Below are positions 11,201 to 18,895 of a DNA stretch of 32,000 nt, piece after piece. The translations under genes and the position numbers were made by a program. The notes under the pieces were generated by a model. That model searched no databases, was not told where the DNA came from, and saw only the letters and a list, made by a program, of their open reading frames with translations. Origin of the DNA: Candidatus Saccharimonadota bacterium (lineage in GTDB: Bacteria; Bacteroidota; Bacteroidia; Cytophagales; Amoebophilaceae). The stretch spans positions 270,001 through 302,000 of the forward strand of contig NZ_OZ034918.1 in NCBI RefSeq assembly GCF_964030745.1. The letters run 5' to 3'. Each line of letters begins with the position of its first letter. Position 1 is the first letter of the stretch.

Positions 11201-12022
11201 CTATATAAGATCTATATACAAACCAATAGAGAAAGGCCTAAGCGCATCAGAGTGACTAGGACCCTGACCTGCTTCAAAAAGGGGTGTCAAGTGAAAACCA
11301 CCTATTAAACCAAAACGACTATAGCCGACTCCAGCCTGAATACCCAAAGCATATCGCCTAAGGTTAAAATGACCATTATCAACCGACGAAGCACCCGAAT
11401 CATTATAGGCCCTGTAATTAATAATCATAGAAGGACGTCGACGAAAACCAAACTTAACACCCAACCAAGTATGAAAGCCTGCCTTAGGATCCTCTAACAC
11501 ACTATTAAATCGAAACCTAAGTAAGCAATCAATAAAGGGAATCTTAAGAGCAGAACCTAACACTGCCCTCCCCTGCTTATGCTTGATATCCTCACACTCT
11601 GTACGGGACTCTGACGCTCTTTTAAGCTTTGGATAAATCCTTCCATGATCGCTACCTGAATCTTCTCTACCTGAAAACGCATAGTATAAAGTACTCCAAC
11701 CAATTCCTGGACAAAAGGCAAAACGGGATTGATTAAGTCGAATCGCATATAGAATAGCCCCATTTCCGCGAAACAAACCAGACCAGTCAAACTTTTTCAT
11801 GTTATGAAACTTTACAGATAGCTTCGGATCTAGATTGTATAAGTAATCCATTCCTAGAAACTCAACCGTAAAGCTCGGATAGTTTTGCACAAGCGGTATA
11901 TAAGTATCGGATTGATTTTCTTGCTCCTCTACAACAGGAGCACCTACACTATCGGTAGCAGCTGCAGAGAAAATATGGCAAGTAGTAAAAAAAAACAACA
12001 AAGGCAGAATCTTGCTTTTCAT
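11201..12022 (-). CDS. Hypothetical secreted protein, probable outer-membrane beta-barrel
   Basis: ORF track 11201-12160. Start moved to ATG 12020-12022, giving a signal peptide MKSKILPLLFFFTTCHIFSAAATD. A TTTG-N19-TAnnTTTG promoter lies 40 nt upstream of this start. The rest shows alternating hydrophobic/aromatic beta-strand patterning (..GIQAGVGYSRFGLIGGFHLTP..). No family recognised. Confidence 0.5.
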   Translation of the reverse strand: MKSKILPLLFFFTTCHIFSAAATDSVGAPVVEEQENQSDTYIPLVQNYPSFTVEFLGMDYLYNLDPKLSVKFHNMKKFDWSGLFRGNGAILYAIRLNQSRFAFCPGIGWSTLYYAFSGREDSGSDHGRIYPKLKRASESRTECEDIKHKQGRAVLGSALKIPFIDCLLRFRFNSVLEDPKAGFHTWLGVKFGFRRRPSMIINYRAYNDSGASSVDNGHFNLRRYALGIQAGVGYSRFGLIGGFHLTPLFEAGQGPSHSDALRPFSIGLYIDLI

Positions 12023-12061
12023 GTGGGTTAATAATATTGTAGTGTATAAAATGTTACCTAA

Positions 12062-12092
12062 CAAAGGTACTTTTTTTTTTAAATATGTCAAA
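12062..12092 (-). promoter_or_regulatory. Bacteroidota-type sigma-A promoter (-33 TTTG / -7 TAnnTTTG) with an A10 tract in the spacer
   Basis: The minus-sense sequence reads TTTG-ACATATTTAAAAAAAAAAG-TACCTTTG. This is an exact TTTG-N19-TAnnTTTG match; the -7 box ends 40 nt upstream of ATG 12022. Confidence 0.5.
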
Positions 12093-12146
12093 ACATTAGT
12101 TTGAAATAAATTTTTGTTTATTAAATTTGCATACCAGCTTAAAGAA

Positions 12147-12291
12147 TAGACCGCTTGCATAGCCTATTTGTGATGAGCAATTTTTAGAGGAAGTGCAGTC
12201 GAGCACCGCAGCATGCTAAATGTATTTGAGGAGCATAGACCAACTTCGATAAGCAAATTACCATTAGAAATAGGTTATAAAGGAGGTTAAT
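12147..12291 (+). repeat. Degraded copy of the 'core-A' repeat element, abutting the 5' end of tRNA-Arg
   Basis: 12167-12276 aligns colinearly with 31726-31835 (TTTGTGATGAGCAATTTTTAG..GTCGAGCACCGCAG..TATTTGAGGAGCATAGAC..CCATTAGAAATAGGTT). Its flanks still resemble the inner arms of the 31670-31884 element. Confidence 0.8.
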
Positions 12292-12365
12292 GGACTTGTA
12301 GCTCAACTGGATAGAGCACTGCACTACGGATGCAGCGGTTAGGGGTTCGAATCCCTTCAAGTCCA
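12292..12365 (+). tRNA. tRNA-Arg (anticodon ACG)
   Basis: GGACTTGTAGCTCAACTGGATAGAGCACTGCACTACGGATGCAGCGGTTAGGGGTTCGAATCCCTTCAAGTCCA. Anticodon stem CTGCA/TGCAG with loop CTACGGA. Confidence 0.95.
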
Positions 12366-12402
12366 CGCAAGGCATTGTATCTATTCACGCCTGTGGTTGG
12401 GG

Positions 12403-12594
12403 CCCCTTATCTCCTTCGATAAAAAGTCTGGCCCGATAGTAAATAGCTGAATCGATATATTTTTCAGCGGGAAAGTCGTAAACTCAGCCCGCAAGCGGGC
12501 TTCAAACAGACGATTTTCTAATCCACTGAAAAATATATCGCTCAGCTGTTAGTGTTTTACTAGAGCGCCATTTTTTATCGAAGGAGACGCGGGG
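12403..12594. repeat. ~192-bp near-perfect palindrome ('P-arm' family)
   Basis: Outer arms: CCCCTTATCTCCTTCGATAAAAA (12403-12425) pairs with TTTTTATCGAAGGAGACGCGGGG (12572-12594). Inner arms: AGCTGAATCGATATATTTTTCAGCGG pairs with CCACTGAAAAATATATCGCTCAGCT. The central hairpin GCCC-GCAA-GGGC (12487-12500) has a GNRA-type loop. Confidence 0.85.
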
Positions 12595-12616
12595 CTGGTA
12601 ATGATAAGAAAAGCTA

Positions 12617-12803
12617 TTGTGGCCACCGATAAAGGAATGCGGCGCTTCAGTAAAGCGGAAGTCTTTAAACAATCTATTGTTCAGCGGATTAGAAAAACAG
12701 CCTGTTTGCAGCCCACGAAGTGAGCAAGTTCTGTTTTTCCCGCTGAACAATAGATTGTTTCATTGCCTTTACTGTTCGCCAAATCTTTTATCAGTGGCCA
12801 TAA
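12617..12803. repeat. Second ~185-bp palindrome
   Basis: AAACAATCTATTGTTCAGCGG (12667-12687) is a perfect 21-bp inverted match to CCGCTGAACAATAGATTGTTT (12740-12760). Outer arms: TGGCCACCGATAAAGG pairs with CTTTTATCAGTGGCCA. Inner pair: AAAAACAG with CTGTTTTT. Confidence 0.85.
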
Positions 12804-12878
12804 GTACTGCGTATACCAATACTCCATGTAAAAGTGGAATAAAATTCATTATTAACCAGTGACGTGAATAGATACTCA

Positions 12879-12907
12879 GAAATAGGTCTTGAAAGGGGGC
12901 TATTGGG
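12879..12907. repeat. Possible degenerate arm fragment overlapping the dnaG stop codon
   Basis: AAATAGGTCTTGAAAGGGGGCTATTGGG resembles AAATAGGTTGCGAAAGCGGTCTAATAGCC (14270-14298) at roughly 21 of 29 positions. Weak. Confidence 0.3.
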
Positions 12908-14969
12908 CAACTACTGTACCAAGTTGTTTGGCAATGCTGCGTTCAGAATCCTTAAGCACTTGGTGCACTTTGAGTAACTGTTCTTCCTCTTCTTCAGTCA
13001 GTTCTTGTTTCAGTGCTGCTCGATTTTCTTCAATAAGTTCTTGTACCAAACGAATTTTTAGTCTCAGAATTACTTCTAAACTCATTTTTTGTACGTGTTG
13101 CGCTTCTTCTATAGTATAAATACCATATTTTTTCACCCAAGCTTGGCTAATATCATGAGGAAAAGCGGTTAAGTTGATGGCCAATTTTCTAATGCGCTCT
13201 GCTGTGCTATCTAAGCAACATTGAATATCCACTACACTACCCTTCTGGAATGCCTCTTTACAATACTCAAAAACCAAGCTGCAATCAGTAGATCTAAAGG
13301 CCACATCAGCCAATTCTAAGAGAATATATTCATACAATGGTCTACCCTCATCTAATTTTGTAGCACCATAAGTGAGTAGAATACGCATAATTTCTCGTTC
13401 ATAAGCTTCAATGCTCGCTGCAAGCTTACCAGTCAAAGGAAGGTTTTTAGGGTCTACATATGGGTTACTTTTTTGCCTACTATGCTGCTTAGTAAATGTT
13501 TTTTTTTGCTGCCATACTGGAGCGGTTTGATGGCGCAATGCATGATAGGTAGTAAAAAGCACCTCTTCTTCTATAGCAAAAAGTTTGCTACATTTTTTCA
13601 GCAATAAGGTTCTTTCTATTTCGTCTGGAATGGCTACAATGCTTTGTACAATTTCTCGTATAGCCTTTGCTTGTTCGGCTGGACTCTGCTGAGTAGACTG
13701 ATAAAAACCAGCCTTAAAGGTAATAAAGTCTTGCGCCACACAACTGATATAATGATTAAAAGCATCTGCACCTACCTTACCCAGGTAGCTATCTGGATCT
13801 TCTCCTACAGGCAATGATATAACCTTTACCTCAAGCCCCTTTGCCAACAATTTATCTATACCACGAAGAGCAGCCCCAATACCCGCTTGGTCTCCATCAA
13901 AAACCAATGTAACCTTAGTAGCAAAACGGCGCAACAGGTCTATCTGATTTTCAGTAAGTGCTGTACCAGCAGAGGCAACTACCGCTTCTACACCTGCTCT
14001 ATGAAAGGCCAATACATCGGTATATCCTTCTACCAGATAACAATTATTTGCCTGTTTGATCGCTTGCTTAGCAAAAGAAAGGCCATATAATAAACTGCCT
14101 TTTTGGTAGACAAGGGTTTCAGATGAATTGACATACTTAGGGCTATCTCCAGCAGTAGGCTTCTTGGGCAACCCAATTGCCACATGGTAATTTTGTGGTC
14201 TATGCTCCTCACATACAACTGAGTATGTGTCGGTGCTCGACTGCACTTTTCCTAAAAATTGCTCATCACAAATAGGTTGCGAAAGCGGTCTAATAGCCAT
14301 ATGGCGTGCGCCAAAGGCAACGACTTGCCCACTACTATTGTGAATAGGAAACATCAACCTTCCTCGAAAACGGTCATAAATCTTAGCTCCATTTTGAACC
14401 ACCAACCCTGCTGCGATCAATTGTTCTAATACTACCCCTTTTGCTATGGCAAAACTATAGAACCCATCCCATTTATCCAGACTATAGCCCAGCTCAAACT
14501 TTTTTGCTATTGCAGATGGAATAGCCCGTTGCGCCAAATAGGGCAATGCTACCTTAGCTGCTTCTGGGTGGTGCCAGAGTAAATCTATATAATAGTTTTT
14601 AGCTAAATTCAATAGAATATAGAGGCTTTCTTTTGCTCGATAATCTTGCAAATCGGGGCTACCATCTGATGCTGAGGTTACCGGTATGCCATATCTTTGC
14701 GCAAGGTAGGTAATAGCCTCTACAAAAGTAGACCCTTCTATTTGCTGTACAAAGTTTATAACATCTCCAGAAGCATCGCAACCAAAACATTTATAAAACC
14801 CTTTCGTGGGCGATACGGAAAAGGAAGGGGTATGCTCGTGATGAAAAGGACAACAGGCCCAAAAATTTTGTCCCTTTTTTTTAAGGGGGACAAAATCAGC
14901 AACTACCTCCTCAATGCAAGCAACACGTTGAACAGCTTGAACGGTTTCTTGACTAACAATCATAGACAT
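12900..14969 (-). CDS. dnaG: DNA primase
   Basis: 689-aa ORF with an N-terminal CHC2 zinc finger (CCPFHHEHTPSFSVSPTKGFYKCFGCDASG), RNA-polymerase/TOPRIM motifs (PKYVNSSET, EGYTDV, VFDGDQAG) and an internal ~50-aa insertion derived from a repeat element. Confidence 0.95.
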   Translation of the reverse strand: MSMIVSQETVQAVQRVACIEEVVADFVPLKKKGQNFWACCPFHHEHTPSFSVSPTKGFYKCFGCDASGDVINFVQQIEGSTFVEAITYLAQRYGIPVTSASDGSPDLQDYRAKESLYILLNLAKNYYIDLLWHHPEAAKVALPYLAQRAIPSAIAKKFELGYSLDKWDGFYSFAIAKGVVLEQLIAAGLVVQNGAKIYDRFRGRLMFPIHNSSGQVVAFGARHMAIRPLSQPICDEQFLGKVQSSTDTYSVVCEEHRPQNYHVAIGLPKKPTAGDSPKYVNSSETLVYQKGSLLYGLSFAKQAIKQANNCYLVEGYTDVLAFHRAGVEAVVASAGTALTENQIDLLRRFATKVTLVFDGDQAGIGAALRGIDKLLAKGLEVKVISLPVGEDPDSYLGKVGADAFNHYISCVAQDFITFKAGFYQSTQQSPAEQAKAIREIVQSIVAIPDEIERTLLLKKCSKLFAIEEEVLFTTYHALRHQTAPVWQQKKTFTKQHSRQKSNPYVDPKNLPLTGKLAASIEAYEREIMRILLTYGATKLDEGRPLYEYILLELADVAFRSTDCSLVFEYCKEAFQKGSVVDIQCCLDSTAERIRKLAINLTAFPHDISQAWVKKYGIYTIEEAQHVQKMSLEVILRLKIRLVQELIEENRAALKQELTEEEEEQLLKVHQVLKDSERSIAKQLGTVVAQ
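14153..14300 (-). mobile_element. In-frame copy of the core-A repeat element inside dnaG
   Basis: 14231-14272 (CGGTGCTCGACTGCACTTTTCCTAAAAATTGCTCATCACAAA) matches the reverse complement of 12167-12208 at 39/42 positions and of 31726-31767 at 40/42. The flanking inner-arm sequences are also present. Confidence 0.85.
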
Positions 14970-15015
14970 TTTTACAATAGATATAAATGACTTTGTATCT
15001 AACAGCCCACACGCA

Positions 15016-18000
15016 TTAACTGTCTTGTTCTTTATCCTTGCTCCTGCCTTTATCTTTATCCTTGCAAAGCTTTAGCGCTTTTTTAGCTGCTGCTTCTAAT
15101 GCCGCTCCTATCTCTGGATCCAAGTACCTATTGGCTAGCTTAACATCTATGGCAAGGGTTTCTTGCGCCATATGGATTACTTCTTGTACGTAGATATAGC
15201 CTGAAGCATGACGTAAATCATAGAGTCGCTCAGCCAGTTTTATAAAGAGTACAGAAAGCTGTACATGATCTTCCTTGACTGCTTTTTGTAACCGGTTTTC
15301 CAAATATAGCAAAGAAGGATGATCCAACGATTCACGTTGATCGATGCCCAATACATTCAGTACAAAGGCATAAACACCTAGATTATAGTGGTCCCTAACA
15401 TAAGAAAGGGGTAAACAGGTGTGACGGACCAACTCATAGAGTAAAGAGGCATAAATTACTTTAGGGGAGTGAAAAACCCATTCTACCACTAGTTTGGAAA
15501 TGCCTACTGCACGTACATAAAATAGTTGGCCCGAAGCATGTCGCTTAAAGCCAAAATGTTGCCGCAGTAACAACAGCAGACCGGAAATCGTTCCCACATC
15601 AATAGGATCCATGTCATGAGAAAATTGAGCAACATGGTCATGGAACTGCATTAATTCGACCATAGAATCTGCGTGTTCCTTAGGCGTAACAGGGGCATCT
15701 AAGGTTAAACAATCTATAGGTAGTTTTGTAGTCATTTTACCGAGAATATCAGCAACATCATTAGGAAGCACTAGTAATATACTAGCTTGCTGTTCTCCAC
15801 CAGTCGTTTCGCAATAGCCATAATGGGCCTCCACAATACTAGATATGGTTTCCTGTTGGAGGTCTATAGACGGTGGTGCTGCCTGCTGCCCTTTCAGCCC
15901 CACAGCACTTACCATATCATCATAGATAGGCTGTACTTTAGGCAACACTTCAGGAACAGTAGTAACCTGGCTTATTACCAAAGCAGTAGCTTGAAAAAGC
16001 ATATATACAGGATAAGGGCCATCAATAGGATCGGCTTGCTTGAATTGCAAAGCAGTAGGTTGGAGTTTTACGCGCACAACCGGTGGAACGGAACCCTCTA
16101 CCTTACCAACTCGTAAAATGGACTGAACCAATAAATAGACTACTTGATGGATATCGCATATAATATAAGGCAACAACCATTCACTAGGTTCTTTTATGTG
16201 CTCTACGAACAACTTAGGTGGATGCGCCACCTCTTGTGATAAAGTAAACTCTACCTTACGTATCAACTTGTCTAAAGTAATTTTAGTAGGTTGGAGTAGT
16301 GCATGATCTTTGACCTTTGCCCTTCTATTGAAATAAGCCACCCAATCATAGAGTTTATTGATAATACTCTGGAAGTCTTGCTTATAAAGGGGCATATTGC
16401 CATCTAAAAAGGAGACAGATTGCTCAATTTTGCCTATTACTTGTTCCAAAACAGCGCCATGGCCTTTAGCAGGATTAAGGGCAGCAGATGGCACCATAGC
16501 CAAATCATAGAGCGATTCTTTTAGCTTTTGAGATGCCCTAATCTTATCTTGACTTCTCAAGTAGAGGTTTTGCGCCATATAATGGCCTGCTTTTACTTTA
16601 AAACAAATAATAACAGCCACCACGAGTAGGGTTACCATAAACAAGGGAAATAGGGAGGATAAAACAGGAAGAGACAACCCAACAAAGATAGGATAAATGA
16701 CTACTAATAATACAGCCACCACTACGCTTATGCCCAGATAGAGCGGTAACACCCATAAGATTACCGTATAATGGGCCAAAGATAACGATGCATTAAAGAT
16801 CGGATCAACTAGATGCCACCAGTACCAAAGTAAATTTAAAGGAAGGTAAAAAGCACATCCTATTAACCAGCATAAACCAATCAACCAATTTGGACTGGCT
16901 TGACTAAAGAAGGCTTTATAGCGTGTAAATATACCATAGGATGTAAAAAGCGTACCCAAAAGGCCTTGGCATATAGCCCAATAGAGAAGATCTGGCTTAA
17001 TAAACCAATAACCTAGAATAGCAGTAACAATCATATAGAGCCCCGTTAAGCGTAGGGTACCATCGCTAGGTCTTAGCTCAGCCAAGGTAACTTTTCTATT
17101 GGCCCAAGCATTTTTAATGGCTTCTTGACGTTCTGCGCGCTTGCGCGCTTGCGCTTGTTGCATTTGTTTAAAAGCATTATCGGGTTCGACCCACCCTACA
17201 CCTTTAGGCTGTTTAAGTAGGTAATGGACAGCCATCATAGCCAGACCATTGGCTATCATAGCAAGGAAAGAGCCATCGATACCTGTTAAGGGATATATCC
17301 ATTTTGTCCAAGCCCACATCACTAGCACACCTGTAGCCATTCCAACCAAAGCAGTACGGGCAGTGCCTCGAAAGCCAAATATAGCTAATATAAAAGGAGC
17401 GGTGACAATAGGCACACAAGCGGCAAGCCCCAAATAGAGCAACTGCAATAGGTCATTACAGTAAAAAGCCAACATCATAGCCAATAGGCCTACCAGTAAC
17501 GTGGTCCATCTTGCTATTTTAAGTTGAAAGGCATCGGTCACCTTTTTTTCATTGCATAGCCCCTTGACCATATCATGGCCAACCATAATCGCACAAGCAT
17601 TTAAAGAAGAGTCAGCTGTAGACATGGCCATACCGAGCAAACTAATGGCAAGCAGCCCCTTAAAAAGGGGTGACATATTACCCATGCTATGGTTCCAAAT
17701 AGTGTCTTTTGATAAAGCAGGTGCCTCTACAAAAGCAAATAGACCAATCAAAATGATAAAAATAGATATAGCGATACTGAAGAGCGTAGCATACGAAAAA
17801 ACTTCTTGAGCTTGTAGGGGACCAGAAGACATATATACCCGCTGCATCAGTTGAGGCAGTATAGAGGAAGCAATCAAAGATAACAGTAACAGCAACATAC
17901 CAACTAGTTGGACATCAAAACGGAATACATGACTAAATTGAAATTTAGCATGGCTTTGCAAGATGGGAAAGATTTCTGAAATGGGTTTACCTATTTTTAG

Positions 18001-18597
18001 AAACATAAACCAAGCCAAAAGCGGAATAATAATGGCAAAGGTTATAAATTGCAGCACATCTGTGAAGGTAACAGCACGAATGCCACCAAATGTCGAATAA
18101 AAGGTAAGGAGCAAGGTCGCCAAGATAGGCATTACATCTGGGTTCACTACTTTCACACATATGCCAATGGCCTGGACTATGACATTGATTTGCATAGTAA
18201 CAATGACAATAGCGCCACAGATACCCACTAAGGAGGCTATAATTCTTGGATATCTACCATAGATCGTGCCTATCGTCTCTGCTATAGAAAGATGGTACAT
18301 AAATGGCCCCATACGCAAAGCCAATTTGCCAACAACCCACAAGCCAAAGGAAGATAACAACATCATCACGACCCACCATAGGCCCATGCTATGAATACAC
18401 TCTATGCTACGCACTAGCCCCCCCCCTCCATATGCCGTAGCCAAAACGGTAAAAACCAGAGTGGCAGTAGAAAACTGTTTATTCCCCACTGCATATTCTC
18501 GAAATGTAGTTTGCTTGCTACTAAAATAAATACCTACCCATAAGGTTAATACCAAAAAAGCAGCCACTATAAATAGTGGTATATTCAAGCAGATCAT
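15016..18597 (-). CDS. Sodium:solute symporter (SSS) family transporter fused to extra TM helices, a degenerate histidine-kinase-like ATPase domain and a degenerate RelA/SpoT-type HD domain
   Basis: 1193-aa ORF. Residues 1-465 are polytopic with SSS-like patterning. Residues ~515-668 add TM helices. Residues ~690-945 end in IVEAHYGYCETTGGEQQASILLVLP, resembling an HATPase_c C-terminus. Residues ~1000-1160 show SpoT-like blocks: ASLLYELVRHT (canonical ALLHDV.EDT), IKLAERLYDLRH (canonical KLADRLHNMRT) and AQETLAIDVKLANRYL (canonical ETLEIYAPLANRLG). Confidence 0.75.
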   Translation of the reverse strand: MICLNIPLFIVAAFLVLTLWVGIYFSSKQTTFREYAVGNKQFSTATLVFTVLATAYGGGGLVRSIECIHSMGLWWVVMMLLSSFGLWVVGKLALRMGPFMYHLSIAETIGTIYGRYPRIIASLVGICGAIVIVTMQINVIVQAIGICVKVVNPDVMPILATLLLTFYSTFGGIRAVTFTDVLQFITFAIIIPLLAWFMFLKIGKPISEIFPILQSHAKFQFSHVFRFDVQLVGMLLLLLSLIASSILPQLMQRVYMSSGPLQAQEVFSYATLFSIAISIFIILIGLFAFVEAPALSKDTIWNHSMGNMSPLFKGLLAISLLGMAMSTADSSLNACAIMVGHDMVKGLCNEKKVTDAFQLKIARWTTLLVGLLAMMLAFYCNDLLQLLYLGLAACVPIVTAPFILAIFGFRGTARTALVGMATGVLVMWAWTKWIYPLTGIDGSFLAMIANGLAMMAVHYLLKQPKGVGWVEPDNAFKQMQQAQARKRAERQEAIKNAWANRKVTLAELRPSDGTLRLTGLYMIVTAILGYWFIKPDLLYWAICQGLLGTLFTSYGIFTRYKAFFSQASPNWLIGLCWLIGCAFYLPLNLLWYWWHLVDPIFNASLSLAHYTVILWVLPLYLGISVVVAVLLVVIYPIFVGLSLPVLSSLFPLFMVTLLVVAVIICFKVKAGHYMAQNLYLRSQDKIRASQKLKESLYDLAMVPSAALNPAKGHGAVLEQVIGKIEQSVSFLDGNMPLYKQDFQSIINKLYDWVAYFNRRAKVKDHALLQPTKITLDKLIRKVEFTLSQEVAHPPKLFVEHIKEPSEWLLPYIICDIHQVVYLLVQSILRVGKVEGSVPPVVRVKLQPTALQFKQADPIDGPYPVYMLFQATALVISQVTTVPEVLPKVQPIYDDMVSAVGLKGQQAAPPSIDLQQETISSIVEAHYGYCETTGGEQQASILLVLPNDVADILGKMTTKLPIDCLTLDAPVTPKEHADSMVELMQFHDHVAQFSHDMDPIDVGTISGLLLLLRQHFGFKRHASGQLFYVRAVGISKLVVEWVFHSPKVIYASLLYELVRHTCLPLSYVRDHYNLGVYAFVLNVLGIDQRESLDHPSLLYLENRLQKAVKEDHVQLSVLFIKLAERLYDLRHASGYIYVQEVIHMAQETLAIDVKLANRYLDPEIGAALEAAAKKALKLCKDKDKGRSKDKEQDS

Positions 18598-18751
18598 AAA
18601 GCAAGCCGTTAAAAAAGTTGAAGAAATATTTTATTCTACTAGCGGTAACTTTCATGATAAGAATTTTTTCTATAAAAAAAAATAAAGGAAGGTATTTGTG
18701 TTTTACTTTTTTCTGGACCAAGAAGTAGGCAAAAAAAATCACTATCTGCTG

Positions 18752-18781
18752 TTCACGTCACTGGTTAATAATGAATTTTAT
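18752..18781. repeat. Solo terminal fragment of the 12377-12875 element family
   Basis: TTCACGTCACTGGTTAATAATGAATTTTAT is an exact 30-bp match to the reverse complement of 12838-12867. Weaker similarity extends over 18742-18788. Confidence 0.85.
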
Positions 18782-18895
18782 CCACTTATATCTCGACAAA
18801 AAAGTGAATAAAAAATCAAGCGCTCAGACAATTACAATTTTTTACAATGGGCGTTTTTTGAACATGGACAGGTGGCCTCAACCAACAAGCGATGG

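Larger units (their letters stand above)
12377..12875. mobile_element. ~500-bp non-coding composite element bounded by 13-bp perfect terminal inverted repeats, containing two nested long palindromes (MITE-like)
   Basis: GTATCTATTCACG at 12377-12389 is the exact inverted repeat of CGTGAATAGATAC at 12863-12875. The similarity extends imperfectly to ~22 bp. There is no credible ORF inside. Confidence 0.7.

Noticed and set aside
11557-11790. 77-aa minus-strand ORF inside the OMP gene; likewise 13887-14090, 14030-14218 and 14697-14990 inside dnaG.
   Set aside because: They are alternative-frame or antisense ORFs within longer, better-supported CDSs.
12023-12160. N-terminal 46-residue extension of the putative OMP ORF (start at 12160).
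   Set aside because: The extension overlaps the predicted promoter and a repeat element and lacks signal-peptide logic. The MKSKILPLL.. start gives a clean signal peptide.
12184-12375. 63-aa minus-strand ORF.
   Set aside because: It is antisense to tRNA-Arg and to the core-A repeat.
12502-12862. ORFs 12502-12750 (-) and 12617-12862 (+) inside the composite repeat.
   Set aside because: They are read through long palindromes. The same peptide strings (e.g. FDKKWRSS) recur wherever the DNA repeat recurs. No start context or conservation logic.
15787-18742. Short ORFs overlapping the 1193-aa gene (15787-16116, 17213-17419, 17249-17437, 17552-17809, 18049-18231, 18521-18742).
   Set aside because: They are out of frame or antisense within the long intact ORF. 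18521-18742 merely extends over the promoter region with an implausible sequence.
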